The notes under the pieces are model-generated. The model did not search any database, was not told the DNA's origin, and was given only the letters and a program-made list of their open reading frames with translations. From a virus, in the IMG/VR virus record IMGVR_UViG_3300033059_000110, positions 1-45,164 of that record: 45,164 bases of DNA. One strand, given 5' to 3'. Both the position numbers and the translations under genes were made by a program. Below are positions 1-9,771 of this stretch, piece by piece; within the stretch, counting starts at the first letter, position 1; each line of letters begins with the position of its first letter.

Positions 1-85
1 TCCTCAACAGCCGCAGTTTCCTCAAAACCAGTTTCCTCAACAGCCGCAGTTTCCTAAAAATCAATTTCCTCAACAGCAGCCGCAG
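1..85. repeat. In-frame coding tandem repeat (33-nt unit cctcaaaaccagtttcctcaacagccgcagttt = PQNQFPQQPQF), continuation of the array at the window end
   Basis: nt 1-40 are identical to nt 45125-45164. A degenerate unit (cctaaaaatcaatttcctcaacagcagccgcag) follows at 53-85. Confidence 0.85.
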
Positions 86-847
86 GGTGGAGGAGCTGTT
101 TTTAATCAGCTTATTCAGGAACAGCAAAATCAGGCGCTAATGGGGCAGGGAGGGGCTTTGGGAAATTTGTTTCAGAATTTAGGGAACCAGGTCCCAGGTG
201 ATTTTATCCAAAAAGGGATGAAACTAGGGCTGAATGGACAGCAAATACAAGCGCTTTATGCTGAAGAGCAGCAAAGACAACAGAGCAGTCAAATGGAAGC
301 GCAGCAGCAAAAGCAGCAAGAGACTTTGGAGAATTTACAGCGTTCTCAGGAGACTTTGAAATTGGTATGGGGGAATCAGTTTGACCAAAATGTAGGGGTT
401 ATAACTCGATATATTGAAAGCCAGACCCCGCAGATGGGAGATGTAAAAACCAGGACGGAGGAGATAAAAAGGGCTGTTACTGACATTTTAATTAATCCGG
501 TGATGGCAAAGAATATGCTGGGGTTAATTCAGCAACAGACTCCGCAGGGCCCTCAAAATATGCCTCAAGGTCCTGTTCCGGGGCAGGCGCCACAGATGCC
601 GGGGAGTGTTAATCAGTACGGACAGCCGGACGGAGGGGGGAATAACTTCCAGCAAAATTTTGCAAGGTGGCAACAAATGATGCAGCCTGGCGGGGCTTTA
701 TATTCCAATGATCCTCATGTGAGGCGGCAGGCAGAGAGGGAATATGACATATTGGCCCGTAACTTAGCGCAAGCTGAGTCAACAAACCTTCTTTTACAGC
801 AGCAAAACCAAGAACAGCATCAGGGTGGGTTTTTGGGAGTTGGATAA
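2..847 (+). CDS. Scaffolding-like Q/P/G-rich protein, 3' portion (continues the ORF starting at 44877 across the circular junction)
   Basis: The frame is open from nt 2 (PQQPQFPQNQF...) to TAA at 845-847. Low-complexity Q/P/G composition. It lies between the portal and capsid genes, as T7 gp9 does. Confidence 0.6.
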   Translation, partial: PQQPQFPQNQFPQQPQFPKNQFPQQQPQGGGAVFNQLIQEQQNQALMGQGGALGNLFQNLGNQVPGDFIQKGMKLGLNGQQIQALYAEEQQRQQSSQMEAQQQKQQETLENLQRSQETLKLVWGNQFDQNVGVITRYIESQTPQMGDVKTRTEEIKRAVTDILINPVMAKNMLGLIQQQTPQGPQNMPQGPVPGQAPQMPGSVNQYGQPDGGGNNFQQNFARWQQMMQPGGALYSNDPHVRRQAEREYDILARNLAQAESTNLLLQQQNQEQHQGGFLGVG

Positions 848-930
848 AAAGGTTAAGGCAAAAGCCTTGAACTTTTAGGATTTGTTCTTTTTTTTCTTTT
901 TTTCAAAAAAATCTTTGATATTTTGTGGGT

Positions 931-2094
931 ATGGCATTTATTGCTCCACATACTCAGATACTTCACTGGAGATTCAAAAACGAATTCCTTTATTCTCCTT
1001 GCCAAAAAATGGCTCGGTTCGCTAATCGTTGTGCGACTGAGATTGTGCAGGGGGATAATGATTTTCAAAATATAGAGCCTCAGGTTGATGGAGTTGACTA
1101 CGACCCTACTGACTTGACGACTAAGTACCGACCTTTACCTTTTGTGAATTGGGCTTCTGAAAGGGTTGGCTTTAGTAAATGGGGGCACACTTGGAACTAT
1201 GCAATCCCTACGGAGGATTTGAATTCCATACTCCCGTCATTTAAAACTACTTTGGCGAACAGGGCCCGGCAGTCTTGGGAGCGGTTTCTTGACAGAGTTA
1301 TGGCAGGCGCTTGTGATCTTAAGCGGGTTACTGTTAATGCGACCCAACCGGGTCGTTTGGCAACTGGGGATTTAGTGAAAAGCAATCTGCCTGATAAATT
1401 TCGTTATATTAACAAAGACCCAAAAGCTAATAACAAAGGGCTTCAGCCTTTGGATGTTAATCTTTTAAAAGTAATGGCAAAAACTTTTTCTGCTGCTGAG
1501 GTGATGGATTACAACACAGGGATGGCGGCTAATCCGGTTTGTGTAGCTCGGCATGAGGTTATTTATGGGCTTCTTGATGACAATCAGTATATTAACCGGG
1601 ATTTCGCCTCTTTGCTTCCTCTTCAGAGAGGAGAGTTTAATCTTTTTATGGGTTTTGAGTTTATAAAAACCGCAATGGTTGATGCTTTGGATTTCCCAGC
1701 TACTTATGTGGCAGGAACAAAAACGGCAATTACAAGCACAGCTACTTTCAGTGCAGCCGGGAATCAGCGGGCAAAGATAACTGGCGCAGATGCTAACAGG
1801 ATTTTGTTTTGTCACCCAATGCAGGCTTTTGCTAAAGGGATATATCCGCAAGCAGGTTATATGCATGTATGGCAAAATCCCGGGCGTGGTGGGGCTTTTG
1901 AGTATTACATGAAGCAGGTATTAGCTTATAAAAGAAAGCAAAATGAGTATTTAAGGGTTGCTTATGTGAAGCGGGATGTTGACCCCGCGGCTGCGCCTCC
2001 TCGGCAAGCAGGCCAGCAAGCTCTTAACACTCGATACGAAACTAACAAAGCCCGCAATGCTGGTTGGAACTTCGCTCTTAAAGGCCCAAGTTAA
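931..2094 (+). CDS. Major capsid protein (by position and size); start uncertain (GTG 925, ATG 931 or ATG 1009)
   Basis: ~388-aa ORF directly after the scaffold-like gene and before the gp11-like adaptor, i.e. the T7 gp10 position. No strong SD at any candidate start. Confidence 0.6.
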   Translation: MAFIAPHTQILHWRFKNEFLYSPCQKMARFANRCATEIVQGDNDFQNIEPQVDGVDYDPTDLTTKYRPLPFVNWASERVGFSKWGHTWNYAIPTEDLNSILPSFKTTLANRARQSWERFLDRVMAGACDLKRVTVNATQPGRLATGDLVKSNLPDKFRYINKDPKANNKGLQPLDVNLLKVMAKTFSAAEVMDYNTGMAANPVCVARHEVIYGLLDDNQYINRDFASLLPLQRGEFNLFMGFEFIKTAMVDALDFPATYVAGTKTAITSTATFSAAGNQRAKITGADANRILFCHPMQAFAKGIYPQAGYMHVWQNPGRGGAFEYYMKQVLAYKRKQNEYLRVAYVKRDVDPAAAPPRQAGQQALNTRYETNKARNAGWNFALKGPS

Positions 2095-2099
2095 GATGA

Positions 2100-2768
2100 A
2101 TGAACAAAACAGTCTTAGCAAATCTTGTCTGGTCTCATTTAGGCCAGGAATTCACAAATCTTAACGACAATTCGTTAGAATCCAAAATTTTAAATCAGGT
2201 TTTTGATTCGGCAAAAAGGACTATTATTCTAAAAGTAGCTCCTGAAAGCTTTACTATGCCTTTTATTCCTTCTCGACTGGATCCTCAGCCGGCAGAAGGG
2301 GACGCTTTTTTTGGCTGGCAGATTTTTAATTATCCGGTGGAATTAATTCAGTTATACAAAAAGCCGAATTTTAATCCGTTAACCGGAGCTTTAGGGATAG
2401 ACCCTACACAAAGCATAATGAGAGCTGCTTATTCTAAAGAATTAAACCGAAAGATTTTAATTTATTCAGGTTCAGACACTCAGCCTGTGAGGGAAGGGAT
2501 TATTGATGTTCCTTTAGAGCTGTGGAATGACCAGATTGCAGAGACTTTGGCTTTGTATATAGCCTGGATGCTGTCTCCTTCTGTTCAGCAATCTGTACAA
2601 AAAAGAAAGGATTTAAAAAGAGAATTTGAGCAGTCTAAAATGGAAACTATTTCAATTAATAATTTTGAGGGAGATAAAGAGCCTTTAATTCAGCAGAGTT
2701 CAGTGACTAACATTATTGATTTCAATCAGGATTTTAACTTAAATTTTTATCTGGATAATGTTTTATAA
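2100..2768 (+). CDS. Tail tubular protein A / adaptor (T7 gp11-like)
   Basis: 222 aa. The N-terminus VLANLVWSHLGQEF..NDNSLESKILNQVFDSAKRTIL resembles the gp11-family N-terminal pattern. It sits between the capsid and nozzle genes. Confidence 0.6.
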   Translation: MNKTVLANLVWSHLGQEFTNLNDNSLESKILNQVFDSAKRTIILKVAPESFTMPFIPSRLDPQPAEGDAFFGWQIFNYPVELIQLYKKPNFNPLTGALGIDPTQSIMRAAYSKELNRKILIYSGSDTQPVREGIIDVPLELWNDQIAETLALYIAWMLSPSVQQSVQKRKDLKREFEQSKMETISINNFEGDKEPLIQQSSVTNIIDFNQDFNLNFYLDNVL

Positions 2769-2774
2769 TAGTCA

Positions 2775-5700
2775 ATGGAACACTTACAAAAGTCTTTTGC
2801 CAGGGGGATACTTTCTCCTAACAGCTTAACTAGGGTAAACATTCCGGGTTATGATGAAGCGGCCAGAGAATTATTTAATATCCATATAGGGCGTCAGGGA
2901 GAAGCCTACAAAAGAGGCGGTCTTGCTATAATGGCAAGACTTCAACAAGCCCCTGTTCGGCTTATTCCATTTAAAACTTCAGAAGGCCCTTTTCTTATAG
3001 CTTTTACGGGGGATAGGATAACTTCTGAAATTTCAAGTGAGATTGAGAATTCAGAATCCATTTTTGTTTTTTCTGTAAAAGATTGGCAAATAAAAGAACA
3101 GGGATTGGATTTTTCTCCCGCAGATTTTTTTTCTGCAAAAACAGTAAGAGTTTACGGAAGCGGCACTGAAAGAAATATCGATATTTGGGCCCCTTATTGG
3201 CAGAATGTTCGGAGTGGATTAACCAAGGAAGAGCTTTTGAGCATGGATTATGCTCAGCTCGGCAATGTCATTGTCTTTTGCGGGGAAAGCTTTCCTCCTT
3301 TTGTAATAAGAAAAGAGGGTGATGAGTTTGTTTATTATAGAAATTTTATGGATATGCTTGTCAATGGAGATCAGAGTGAAAACAAGCAGAAGTCTTTAGA
3401 AAAAGCTATCAAGACATTGCCTTTTAATTTTTATGGGTATGGAATAAAAATTTACAGAAGTGATTTTTATGAGGATAGAAATTATGAAGGCTTTGTTGGG
3501 AATTTGACTCTTAAAGAAAACTATGACCAGGAAGGCTTATCAAAAAGAAATTTGCAGCATTGGACAAACAGGGCTTTTGTAGTAAGTACATTTGAAGAGT
3601 CGGAAGCTCAGGAAGAGAACGCCGGAATTAAGATTTTTGGTGGAATAATAAAGAAGATAAAAATCACATCAAGAAGTGATCCTACTCAGTATGAAATAAG
3701 CGGGTTTGTGAAAAGCTTGGACGGCTCTTCTGATGTAAAAAATCAATGGACAGAAGCAAAAAATCCTAACTTACATTTGTGTGATTGGAGCGAAAAGCTT
3801 GGCTGGCCTGTCAGTGTTTCAGTGTTTGAAAACCGATTTGTTTTTGGGGGAAACAGTGCGTATCCTTCTAAAATATGGTATTCAGCTCAGCCTTCTGTTC
3901 AAAAGGTCCAAAAAGGCACAAAAGAGATTATCAGTTACGCAACGGCTGAGGATGGAGAAGAGACTGATAGAGTTCAAAGCCGCACAGTACAGCCTATTAC
4001 TCAGGCTTTATATTTTGAACAAACTGATTTTTTTTCTATAGACTTATCAGCTACGGGCCTTTTGCCTTTACAGCCGGCGACCCCGGGGAATCTTTTTATA
4101 AATGACAATCTTGGCTTTAAAATTCTTTGGATAAGAGGAGGAGAGGTTTTATTTGTTGGGACAGATATTGGGATATTTACAAGCAGGGGGACAATTGTGG
4201 ATTCAAGTAACCCTGTTCCGTTTAATAGTGGCTTTCAAAGGCCGGTGGAAATTCCTGTTAAAAGAGTATTGCCTATTATAATTGATGAAGCCTTGCATTT
4301 TATTAGCCAGGATAATTCTTTGCAGGTACTTGATCCAAGGGGAGAAAGAAGAGGATTTACTACCCAGACATTGGATAATTTCAGTAGAGAAACCGTCAGA
4401 GATGTTTGGATACGCTCTCGAATAAGCAAGTTTTTGCCAACCCAAAATATAAATGCAAACCCTTCTTATAATCCTCAGTTATCTGTTAATACGGCTGAAC
4501 TTATAAAAAACAAAGACATTCCAGTAAAGCCGTGGACAAAGATTGCAGGAAGCAAAACTGAAGGAATTGTTTTCACAGAGGCGGAAGGCGAAAGTGAGCC
4601 TGTAAACATTCCAGCAGTAGGAGCAGAGTTCGCTGATGCTCCGGCTGTATCAAGGGAATATGATGGGTCAAGAGTAAAGACTTCAGCTTTTAATAGGCCG
4701 TCATTTGGCTTAGAGGCTGGTGGCACTTTTAGTGGAGATTATCGCTTTAGAGCGGATGAAGAGGATTTATTAGACGCTACTTCTAGGGGAACCTTGGATG
4801 ATTCACAAGTTGAATTGGATGCTGATTTTTATATTGATCCGGATAATGGCACTTTAAAAAATGTCCAATTTGAATGGGCTAACAGAGAGACAGAGTTTAA
4901 TGAGATTTGGGATAGAAACGAAGTTTATATGTTAGCTTCTAGTTCGGAAGCTGAGTTTAATAAAGGAAATTTTATCGCTTGGCGACTTCTTCCTGAAGCA
5001 GGCTTAAACAATGAAATAAAAAACGCTGTTCCTTTTGCGAGGTTTGGGACTTATAAGGTGAATTTAAATGTTTCGGGATTAGTATTTTTTAGGTCAACAT
5101 TTACCAGGCCGATAAGTGACAGTTCCGGAACTGTTACCTCAGGATTTCTTAAATATCAAGTGGCGGGGAATAATGTCAATTTTAATGATTTAGTTAAAGC
5201 AGGAGCAACCCCTTTATTTCAGCAATACGCAAAAATGGTGGGAGATAAAACAAATGGATTAATAGCTTCTGAAGACGCTTCTGAATTAAAGCTTTATAGA
5301 TATGCAGTTGCTGGAAATAATATCACAATAACAGAGCTTCGGAAGGTTGGAAATATCCCGAAGTTAAGAGATTTTGTTATTGCTGGAAATAATGCTGGCG
5401 GGGTGATTTTTGGAGGCGAAGCTGCTGATACTGTTCAGGACAAGTTTTATAAATATGCAGTTGCTGGAAATAATATAACACTCACGGAATTAGAAAAAGA
5501 AGGCGATCCTGTCTCTGGGCTAAAAGAGGCAGGAATAGGGGGGTCTGGCACTCAAGGGGTTATTTTTGGGGGGAGAGATAATTCAGGAAATAGAAAAAAT
5601 GATTTTTACAAATATGTAGTGGCTGGGAATAAGGTAATGATAACAGAGTTAACTGCGGATGGGGTTATTCCTGAGCTATATGGAATTGGTATGTATGGCT

Positions 5701-6776
5701 CTGACGCAAGAGGGGTTATTTTTGGAGGAAGGACGGGGGTGACTCAGTTTAATTATTATTTGTATGTAGTGAATGAAGATGAGGTTAAAGTTTCTCAAAT
5801 GACAAACACTAATAATGCAATGGCGAGATATGGTATGAATTTTATTATTGATGTTTCTGGTGGAATAATGTTTGCAGGGCATCCGTCTGCTGTAAGTAAA
5901 AGATTTGATGGGTTTAATTTTATTGCTGAAGCAACAGCAGGCTCTCCTTTAGTTTTAGAAAATGAAGAGATTGAAGAGAATATATATCCAGTTTTTAACA
6001 GTAACACCAGGCTTCTTTTTGACTGGTCCAGAAGAATACTTTTTTTAATCCGGGAAGGGGCCCCGTATCTTGCTTATGCCAAAAACAAAGAAACAGGCGT
6101 AATGGGGTGGTCCAGAGGAGACATGAAAATTCAAGACGCTGTATTTATGAATGGCCTGCCTTTTCGTCCTCCTGAGATTTTTTCTACTCTTTTTGGAATA
6201 AGAGGAAATAATATCGTAATGCTTTCTCAGGGATTACATTCTTATAAAGAGAATTTTATTAACAGTCTTCCTAACGGAATTGATGATTTTGTGGTAATCA
6301 AAAAAACCTCAGAATCCATTGATTTAGGGATTTTAAAAATAAGCCTTAGAAGAATGGGGTTTAATGATGATGATTTGGTTTGGATCGGAACTGATAAAGG
6401 ATTAATCAAGGGAGGAAAATGCAAAGTGTCAGAGCTGAATGAGGTAATTAACGGGATTGACGGAAAAGGCTTTATTGTGGGAAAACCTTTTGGGTTTCAT
6501 TTAAAAACCTGGCCTCCATTAAAGCAGGGAAGAATGTTTGCAAAGCAGGAAAATATTACTCAGATTGTATATAATGCCATAAAAAATTCAGAATTTTTGT
6601 TAAATAATAACTATGTGTACGACAAAGAAAATCCGCACTCTAATGCGGAAATTAACGGAAATGAGTTTATTAAACAGGTTTCTCAAAGTAAGATGGATTA
6701 TGATCCAATGCTTGAAATAAAAGGGGACGGCCCCTTTCCTTTTGCAATTAGTGGATTTGTTTTAAGTATTCCTTAA
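2775..6776 (+). CDS. Tail tubular protein B / nozzle (T7 gp12-like), enlarged, with an internal Kelch-like repeat domain
   Basis: The N-terminus LQKSFARGILSP...GYDEAARELFN and the segment GWPVSVSVFENRFVFGGNS resemble T7 gp12 (IKNLKGGISQQP...; SINDVFFFRNRLGFLSG). 1333 aa versus 794 aa in T7. Confidence 0.7.
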   Translation: MEHLQKSFARGILSPNSLTRVNIPGYDEAARELFNIHIGRQGEAYKRGGLAIMARLQQAPVRLIPFKTSEGPFLIAFTGDRITSEISSEIENSESIFVFSVKDWQIKEQGLDFSPADFFSAKTVRVYGSGTERNIDIWAPYWQNVRSGLTKEELLSMDYAQLGNVIVFCGESFPPFVIRKEGDEFVYYRNFMDMLVNGDQSENKQKSLEKAIKTLPFNFYGYGIKIYRSDFYEDRNYEGFVGNLTLKENYDQEGLSKRNLQHWTNRAFVVSTFEESEAQEENAGIKIFGGIIKKIKITSRSDPTQYEISGFVKSLDGSSDVKNQWTEAKNPNLHLCDWSEKLGWPVSVSVFENRFVFGGNSAYPSKIWYSAQPSVQKVQKGTKEIISYATAEDGEETDRVQSRTVQPITQALYFEQTDFFSIDLSATGLLPLQPATPGNLFINDNLGFKILWIRGGEVLFVGTDIGIFTSRGTIVDSSNPVPFNSGFQRPVEIPVKRVLPIIIDEALHFISQDNSLQVLDPRGERRGFTTQTLDNFSRETVRDVWIRSRISKFLPTQNINANPSYNPQLSVNTAELIKNKDIPVKPWTKIAGSKTEGIVFTEAEGESEPVNIPAVGAEFADAPAVSREYDGSRVKTSAFNRPSFGLEAGGTFSGDYRFRADEEDLLDATSRGTLDDSQVELDADFYIDPDNGTLKNVQFEWANRETEFNEIWDRNEVYMLASSSEAEFNKGNFIAWRLLPEAGLNNEIKNAVPFARFGTYKVNLNVSGLVFFRSTFTRPISDSSGTVTSGFLKYQVAGNNVNFNDLVKAGATPLFQQYAKMVGDKTNGLIASEDASELKLYRYAVAGNNITITELRKVGNIPKLRDFVIAGNNAGGVIFGGEAADTVQDKFYKYAVAGNNITLTELEKEGDPVSGLKEAGIGGSGTQGVIFGGRDNSGNRKNDFYKYVVAGNKVMITELTADGVIPELYGIGMYGSDARGVIFGGRTGVTQFNYYLYVVNEDEVKVSQMTNTNNAMARYGMNFIIDVSGGIMFAGHPSAVSKRFDGFNFIAEATAGSPLVLENEEIEENIYPVFNSNTRLLFDWSRRILFLIREGAPYLAYAKNKETGVMGWSRGDMKIQDAVFMNGLPFRPPEIFSTLFGIRGNNIVMLSQGLHSYKENFINSLPNGIDDFVVIKKTSESIDLGILKISLRRMGFNDDDLVWIGTDKGLIKGGKCKVSELNEVINGIDGKGFIVGKPFGFHLKTWPPLKQGRMFAKQENITQIVYNAIKNSEFLLNNNYVYDKENPHSNAEINGNEFIKQVSQSKMDYDPMLEIKGDGPFPFAISGFVLSIP

Positions 6777-6785
6777 GGAAATAGT

Positions 6786-7367
6786 ATGGCGAAAATTTTA
6801 GGTTCTGGAATAGATTTTGATTGGGCTGCGGCAGGGATTGGCTTGTTGAATATCTTAAAAGATTTTGAGCAAGATAATGTAAAAAGAGCAAGAGTCAGAC
6901 AGAGAGAACAGTTTAATCAGGCTCTTATTAAGATACAGAAAAACGCATTAGGCTCAAAGTTTGCAATGGAAAATTACCAAAATTTAATGCAGGAAAATGT
7001 GGCATTGGGAGTTTATGCTTCAAGTTTATCTAAAAGTCGTATTGGGGTAGCTGGCACAGCCCCTCCGGGAATAACAGCAATACAGACACAATATCAGCAG
7101 CAAAGAGATGTTTTGTTGTTGCAGCAGACAGAGCAGTTGGCGAAGTTGCAGTTAAGCGAATTGTCTTCTGAATTAACAGAAAAAGCTCATAGAGAAAAAA
7201 CAACATTAACCAGGTTGGGCGGGATGGTTAATCAATTGGATGATATATTTGGAGACTCTATTTCAGGTTTTCTGAATTTTTTCAGGACTGATGACAGTGA
7301 TCATGTTTTTCGTGACATAGGTAGAGCTGATGATTATGAGACGAAAAGTTTTGATATAGGGGTATAA
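6786..7367 (+). CDS. Internal virion / ejection protein (gp13/gp14 position)
   Basis: 193 aa, Q-rich coiled-coil-like. Assigned by T7 synteny only. Confidence 0.4.
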   Translation: MAKILGSGIDFDWAAAGIGLLNILKDFEQDNVKRARVRQREQFNQALIKIQKNALGSKFAMENYQNLMQENVALGVYASSLSKSRIGVAGTAPPGITAIQTQYQQQRDVLLLQQTEQLAKLQLSELSSELTEKAHREKTTLTRLGGMVNQLDDIFGDSISGFLNFFRTDDSDHVFRDIGRADDYETKSFDIGV

Positions 7368-7368
7368 A

Positions 7369-9771
7369 TTGGCTGTAACAGACCCATATAAATTAAGCAA
7401 AACCACAAGCCCAAGGGTATCAAGTGCCGGAGTGGGGATTTCTTCAGCTCGTCCGCAGGATGATTTTTTGGGAAAAAGCCTTGGGTTTGTTGAGAAAATT
7501 TTAGATCAATTAAAGCAAGGGAACGAAAAGGAATGGGCAACAAACGCTAATCTGGCCGGGACTGAGTTTAACAATGATCTTTCTAATGAAATTTACAGGA
7601 TACAGAATGACCCCAGTGAAAAACAAAAACAGAATCTTCCAAGCTATTGGAAAAGCTTTGTTGAAAAAAAGACATTACATTATTTAAAGAAATATGGCGG
7701 GGATATTCAGCTAAGAGATAGATATTCCAAAATGCTGGCGGTATCTATAAAAAGCAAAATAACAGCATATAACAGGCCCGTACAGCTTTTATGGAACCAG
7801 TTAGCTTCAGAGTTTAACAAAGAACAAAACGGAAAGCTTTTTCAGGGGATTTCCAATGATACACTTAAAAATCCAGAAAACACAGAAAGAAACATTTACA
7901 AAAAGCTTTCTGTAATTAACGGAAAAATCATTGGCAATCCTAATCAGGCTTACACCTCCCGGTGGGACAGATTGACCTTTTTGCAAAGTCAAAAGGATTT
8001 GTCAGATGTTAAAATAAAGGAAAGTGGAGACTTGGGAGGATTGACGATTTTTGCCAAGCAAAAGTTTTTTGAGAAAGAATTAAGAAATCGGCAAAAAATT
8101 CAAAACTATTTAGTTCAGCAAAAGCAAGAAGAGGAAGCTGTTTTTGGAGAAATAGGGGCTTTTGTGAGCGGGAGTTTTTATTCTGGGCATGAGTCATTGG
8201 CGAATGAAATAAAAAATTTGAATGAAAGCAAAATACAGGAATTTTATTCAGAAGAAAACCCAAGCGCATCAATGCAAGAGCTGTTGGAGGATGGGGCTGA
8301 GTGGAAAATAAGAGCAGAAAAGGAAGCTGCGAACATTAAGAACAAGGCTGGAAAACTTATGGAAAAGTTTGGAGGATATTTTAATGCTTCTCAGAGACAA
8401 AAGGTTTTGGACAACATTGATAAAACTAAAGAAAAGTTTTTAAAGCAGGAAGAGGAAAAAATAAAAAATTATATTAAGTTTTATAAAGCTAACAGGAGAG
8501 CTACTTATGAGCAGATGCTGAACGCTTATCAGAGCGGAAGGGTTTTTGACAGTGGGGATGACTATAAAGATAAGGTGGAAGCTGCAAATGATATTATCAG
8601 TAATCAAAATACAATGATAACAAACGCCAGTAAATTGGTATTGGATAAAGATTCGGCTGGGGAACCTATTGGGTTGGGCTTTGACGGAGAAACTTATGAT
8701 AATAATAGGCTGAAAAGAGTAGATATGACAGAAAAATTTCATCAGGTTGGAGTGGGGAAAATAATATATGATCCTATTACAGAGAAAGCGGGCTTGACAG
8801 AGAACACTTATGCAAAATTGGAAAAGGTTGGGATTTCAAGAAGTGTTGTGGATGAAGTGATAAATACTCCTTATTTTAATCAAATGGAGTTAAAAAGATT
8901 TTTGGAAAATCGGCCTGAAGATCAGGAAACAAATAAGAAGATTGCTAATGCATTTGAGATTGTTCAGAAAAAAGATGGCTATGCGGTATATTATCGTAAT
9001 TTTGGGCAAGCGCTTTTGTCTAATAAAAAGCATAAGCATTTGTATGGTATTTATTTGAAAAATAAAATGAGCTTTGGAAGAGCTACGCTTAATGTAAAGC
9101 AAGAGCAAAACTTTCAATCTTTGGTTAGCGGAGCGGTAAGCGATCCGACTAATATGGATTTACTTCCATACAGGGCTAGAAAGGCTTTAGGGTTGGGAAA
9201 AATAAATTTTAATCAGTATCAGCAGATTGTAAATTTTGCTTCTAATAATGCTTTTCCGGGATTGTCTCAGGAGGCCAAAAAAATAGTTCAGCCAGGAATT
9301 AAAGTTATTGATAAAATCATAAAAGCTCAGGCGGGAAAAGCTTTGATGCCTTTAGAAGAATGGTTGGATCAGCTTTCGGTTCCTCAGATAAAATTAAGAC
9401 GAAAGATATATGATTATATTCTTATGATGTCAAGGTATTATCAATCCAAAGAAGAGATTTTAATAAAGCAGGGGACAACAGTCAGAGAAAAGGTTGATGA
9501 ATTGGTAAATAGGCTTCAGGATGAGACTATTAAGGGCACAGTTAATTTAAAACATGGGGGAAGAGATAATTATTATAAAGTTCCCATGTTAAGATTTAAA
9601 AATTTAGGAGCAAAAGGGGAAAATCAATCTGAAGATTTGTCTATTGAGCCAATGGAAATCCTTCTTAAAAAATGGAATAAAGCTAAAGCTTCTGGAAATT
9701 CTTCTGAAATTATTAACATTTCTAATGAGTTAAAAAAAAGGCAAGTTAACAGAAAGCAAGAGGTTAAATGA
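7369..9771 (+). CDS. Internal virion / ejection protein (gp15 position)
   Basis: 800 aa (T7 gp15 is 747 aa). TTG start one nt after the upstream stop. Lys/Glu-rich and helical. Assigned by synteny. Confidence 0.45.
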   Translation: MAVTDPYKLSKTTSPRVSSAGVGISSARPQDDFLGKSLGFVEKILDQLKQGNEKEWATNANLAGTEFNNDLSNEIYRIQNDPSEKQKQNLPSYWKSFVEKKTLHYLKKYGGDIQLRDRYSKMLAVSIKSKITAYNRPVQLLWNQLASEFNKEQNGKLFQGISNDTLKNPENTERNIYKKLSVINGKIIGNPNQAYTSRWDRLTFLQSQKDLSDVKIKESGDLGGLTIFAKQKFFEKELRNRQKIQNYLVQQKQEEEAVFGEIGAFVSGSFYSGHESLANEIKNLNESKIQEFYSEENPSASMQELLEDGAEWKIRAEKEAANIKNKAGKLMEKFGGYFNASQRQKVLDNIDKTKEKFLKQEEEKIKNYIKFYKANRRATYEQMLNAYQSGRVFDSGDDYKDKVEAANDIISNQNTMITNASKLVLDKDSAGEPIGLGFDGETYDNNRLKRVDMTEKFHQVGVGKIIYDPITEKAGLTENTYAKLEKVGISRSVVDEVINTPYFNQMELKRFLENRPEDQETNKKIANAFEIVQKKDGYAVYYRNFGQALLSNKKHKHLYGIYLKNKMSFGRATLNVKQEQNFQSLVSGAVSDPTNMDLLPYRARKALGLGKINFNQYQQIVNFASNNAFPGLSQEAKKIVQPGIKVIDKIIKAQAGKALMPLEEWLDQLSVPQIKLRRKIYDYILMMSRYYQSKEEILIKQGTTVREKVDELVNRLQDETIKGTVNLKHGGRDNYYKVPMLRFKNLGAKGENQSEDLSIEPMEILLKKWNKAKASGNSSEIINISNELKKRQVNRKQEVK

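Noticed and set aside
848-924. Hairpin AAGGC-AAAA-GCCTT (855-868) and a long T tract between the scaffold and capsid genes as a terminator or attenuator
   Set aside because: The stem is only 5 bp and AU-rich at its base, and the T-run is not adjacent. This is too weak to call. It may simply be spacer upstream of the capsid start.
1976-2164. T7 10A/10B-style programmed frameshift at the end of the capsid gene (overlapping 62-aa ORF)
   Set aside because: The -1 frame has a TGA at 2097-2099, directly after the capsid stop, so no extension is possible. The 62-aa ORF is in the +1 frame, and I saw no slippery or shift-prone site.
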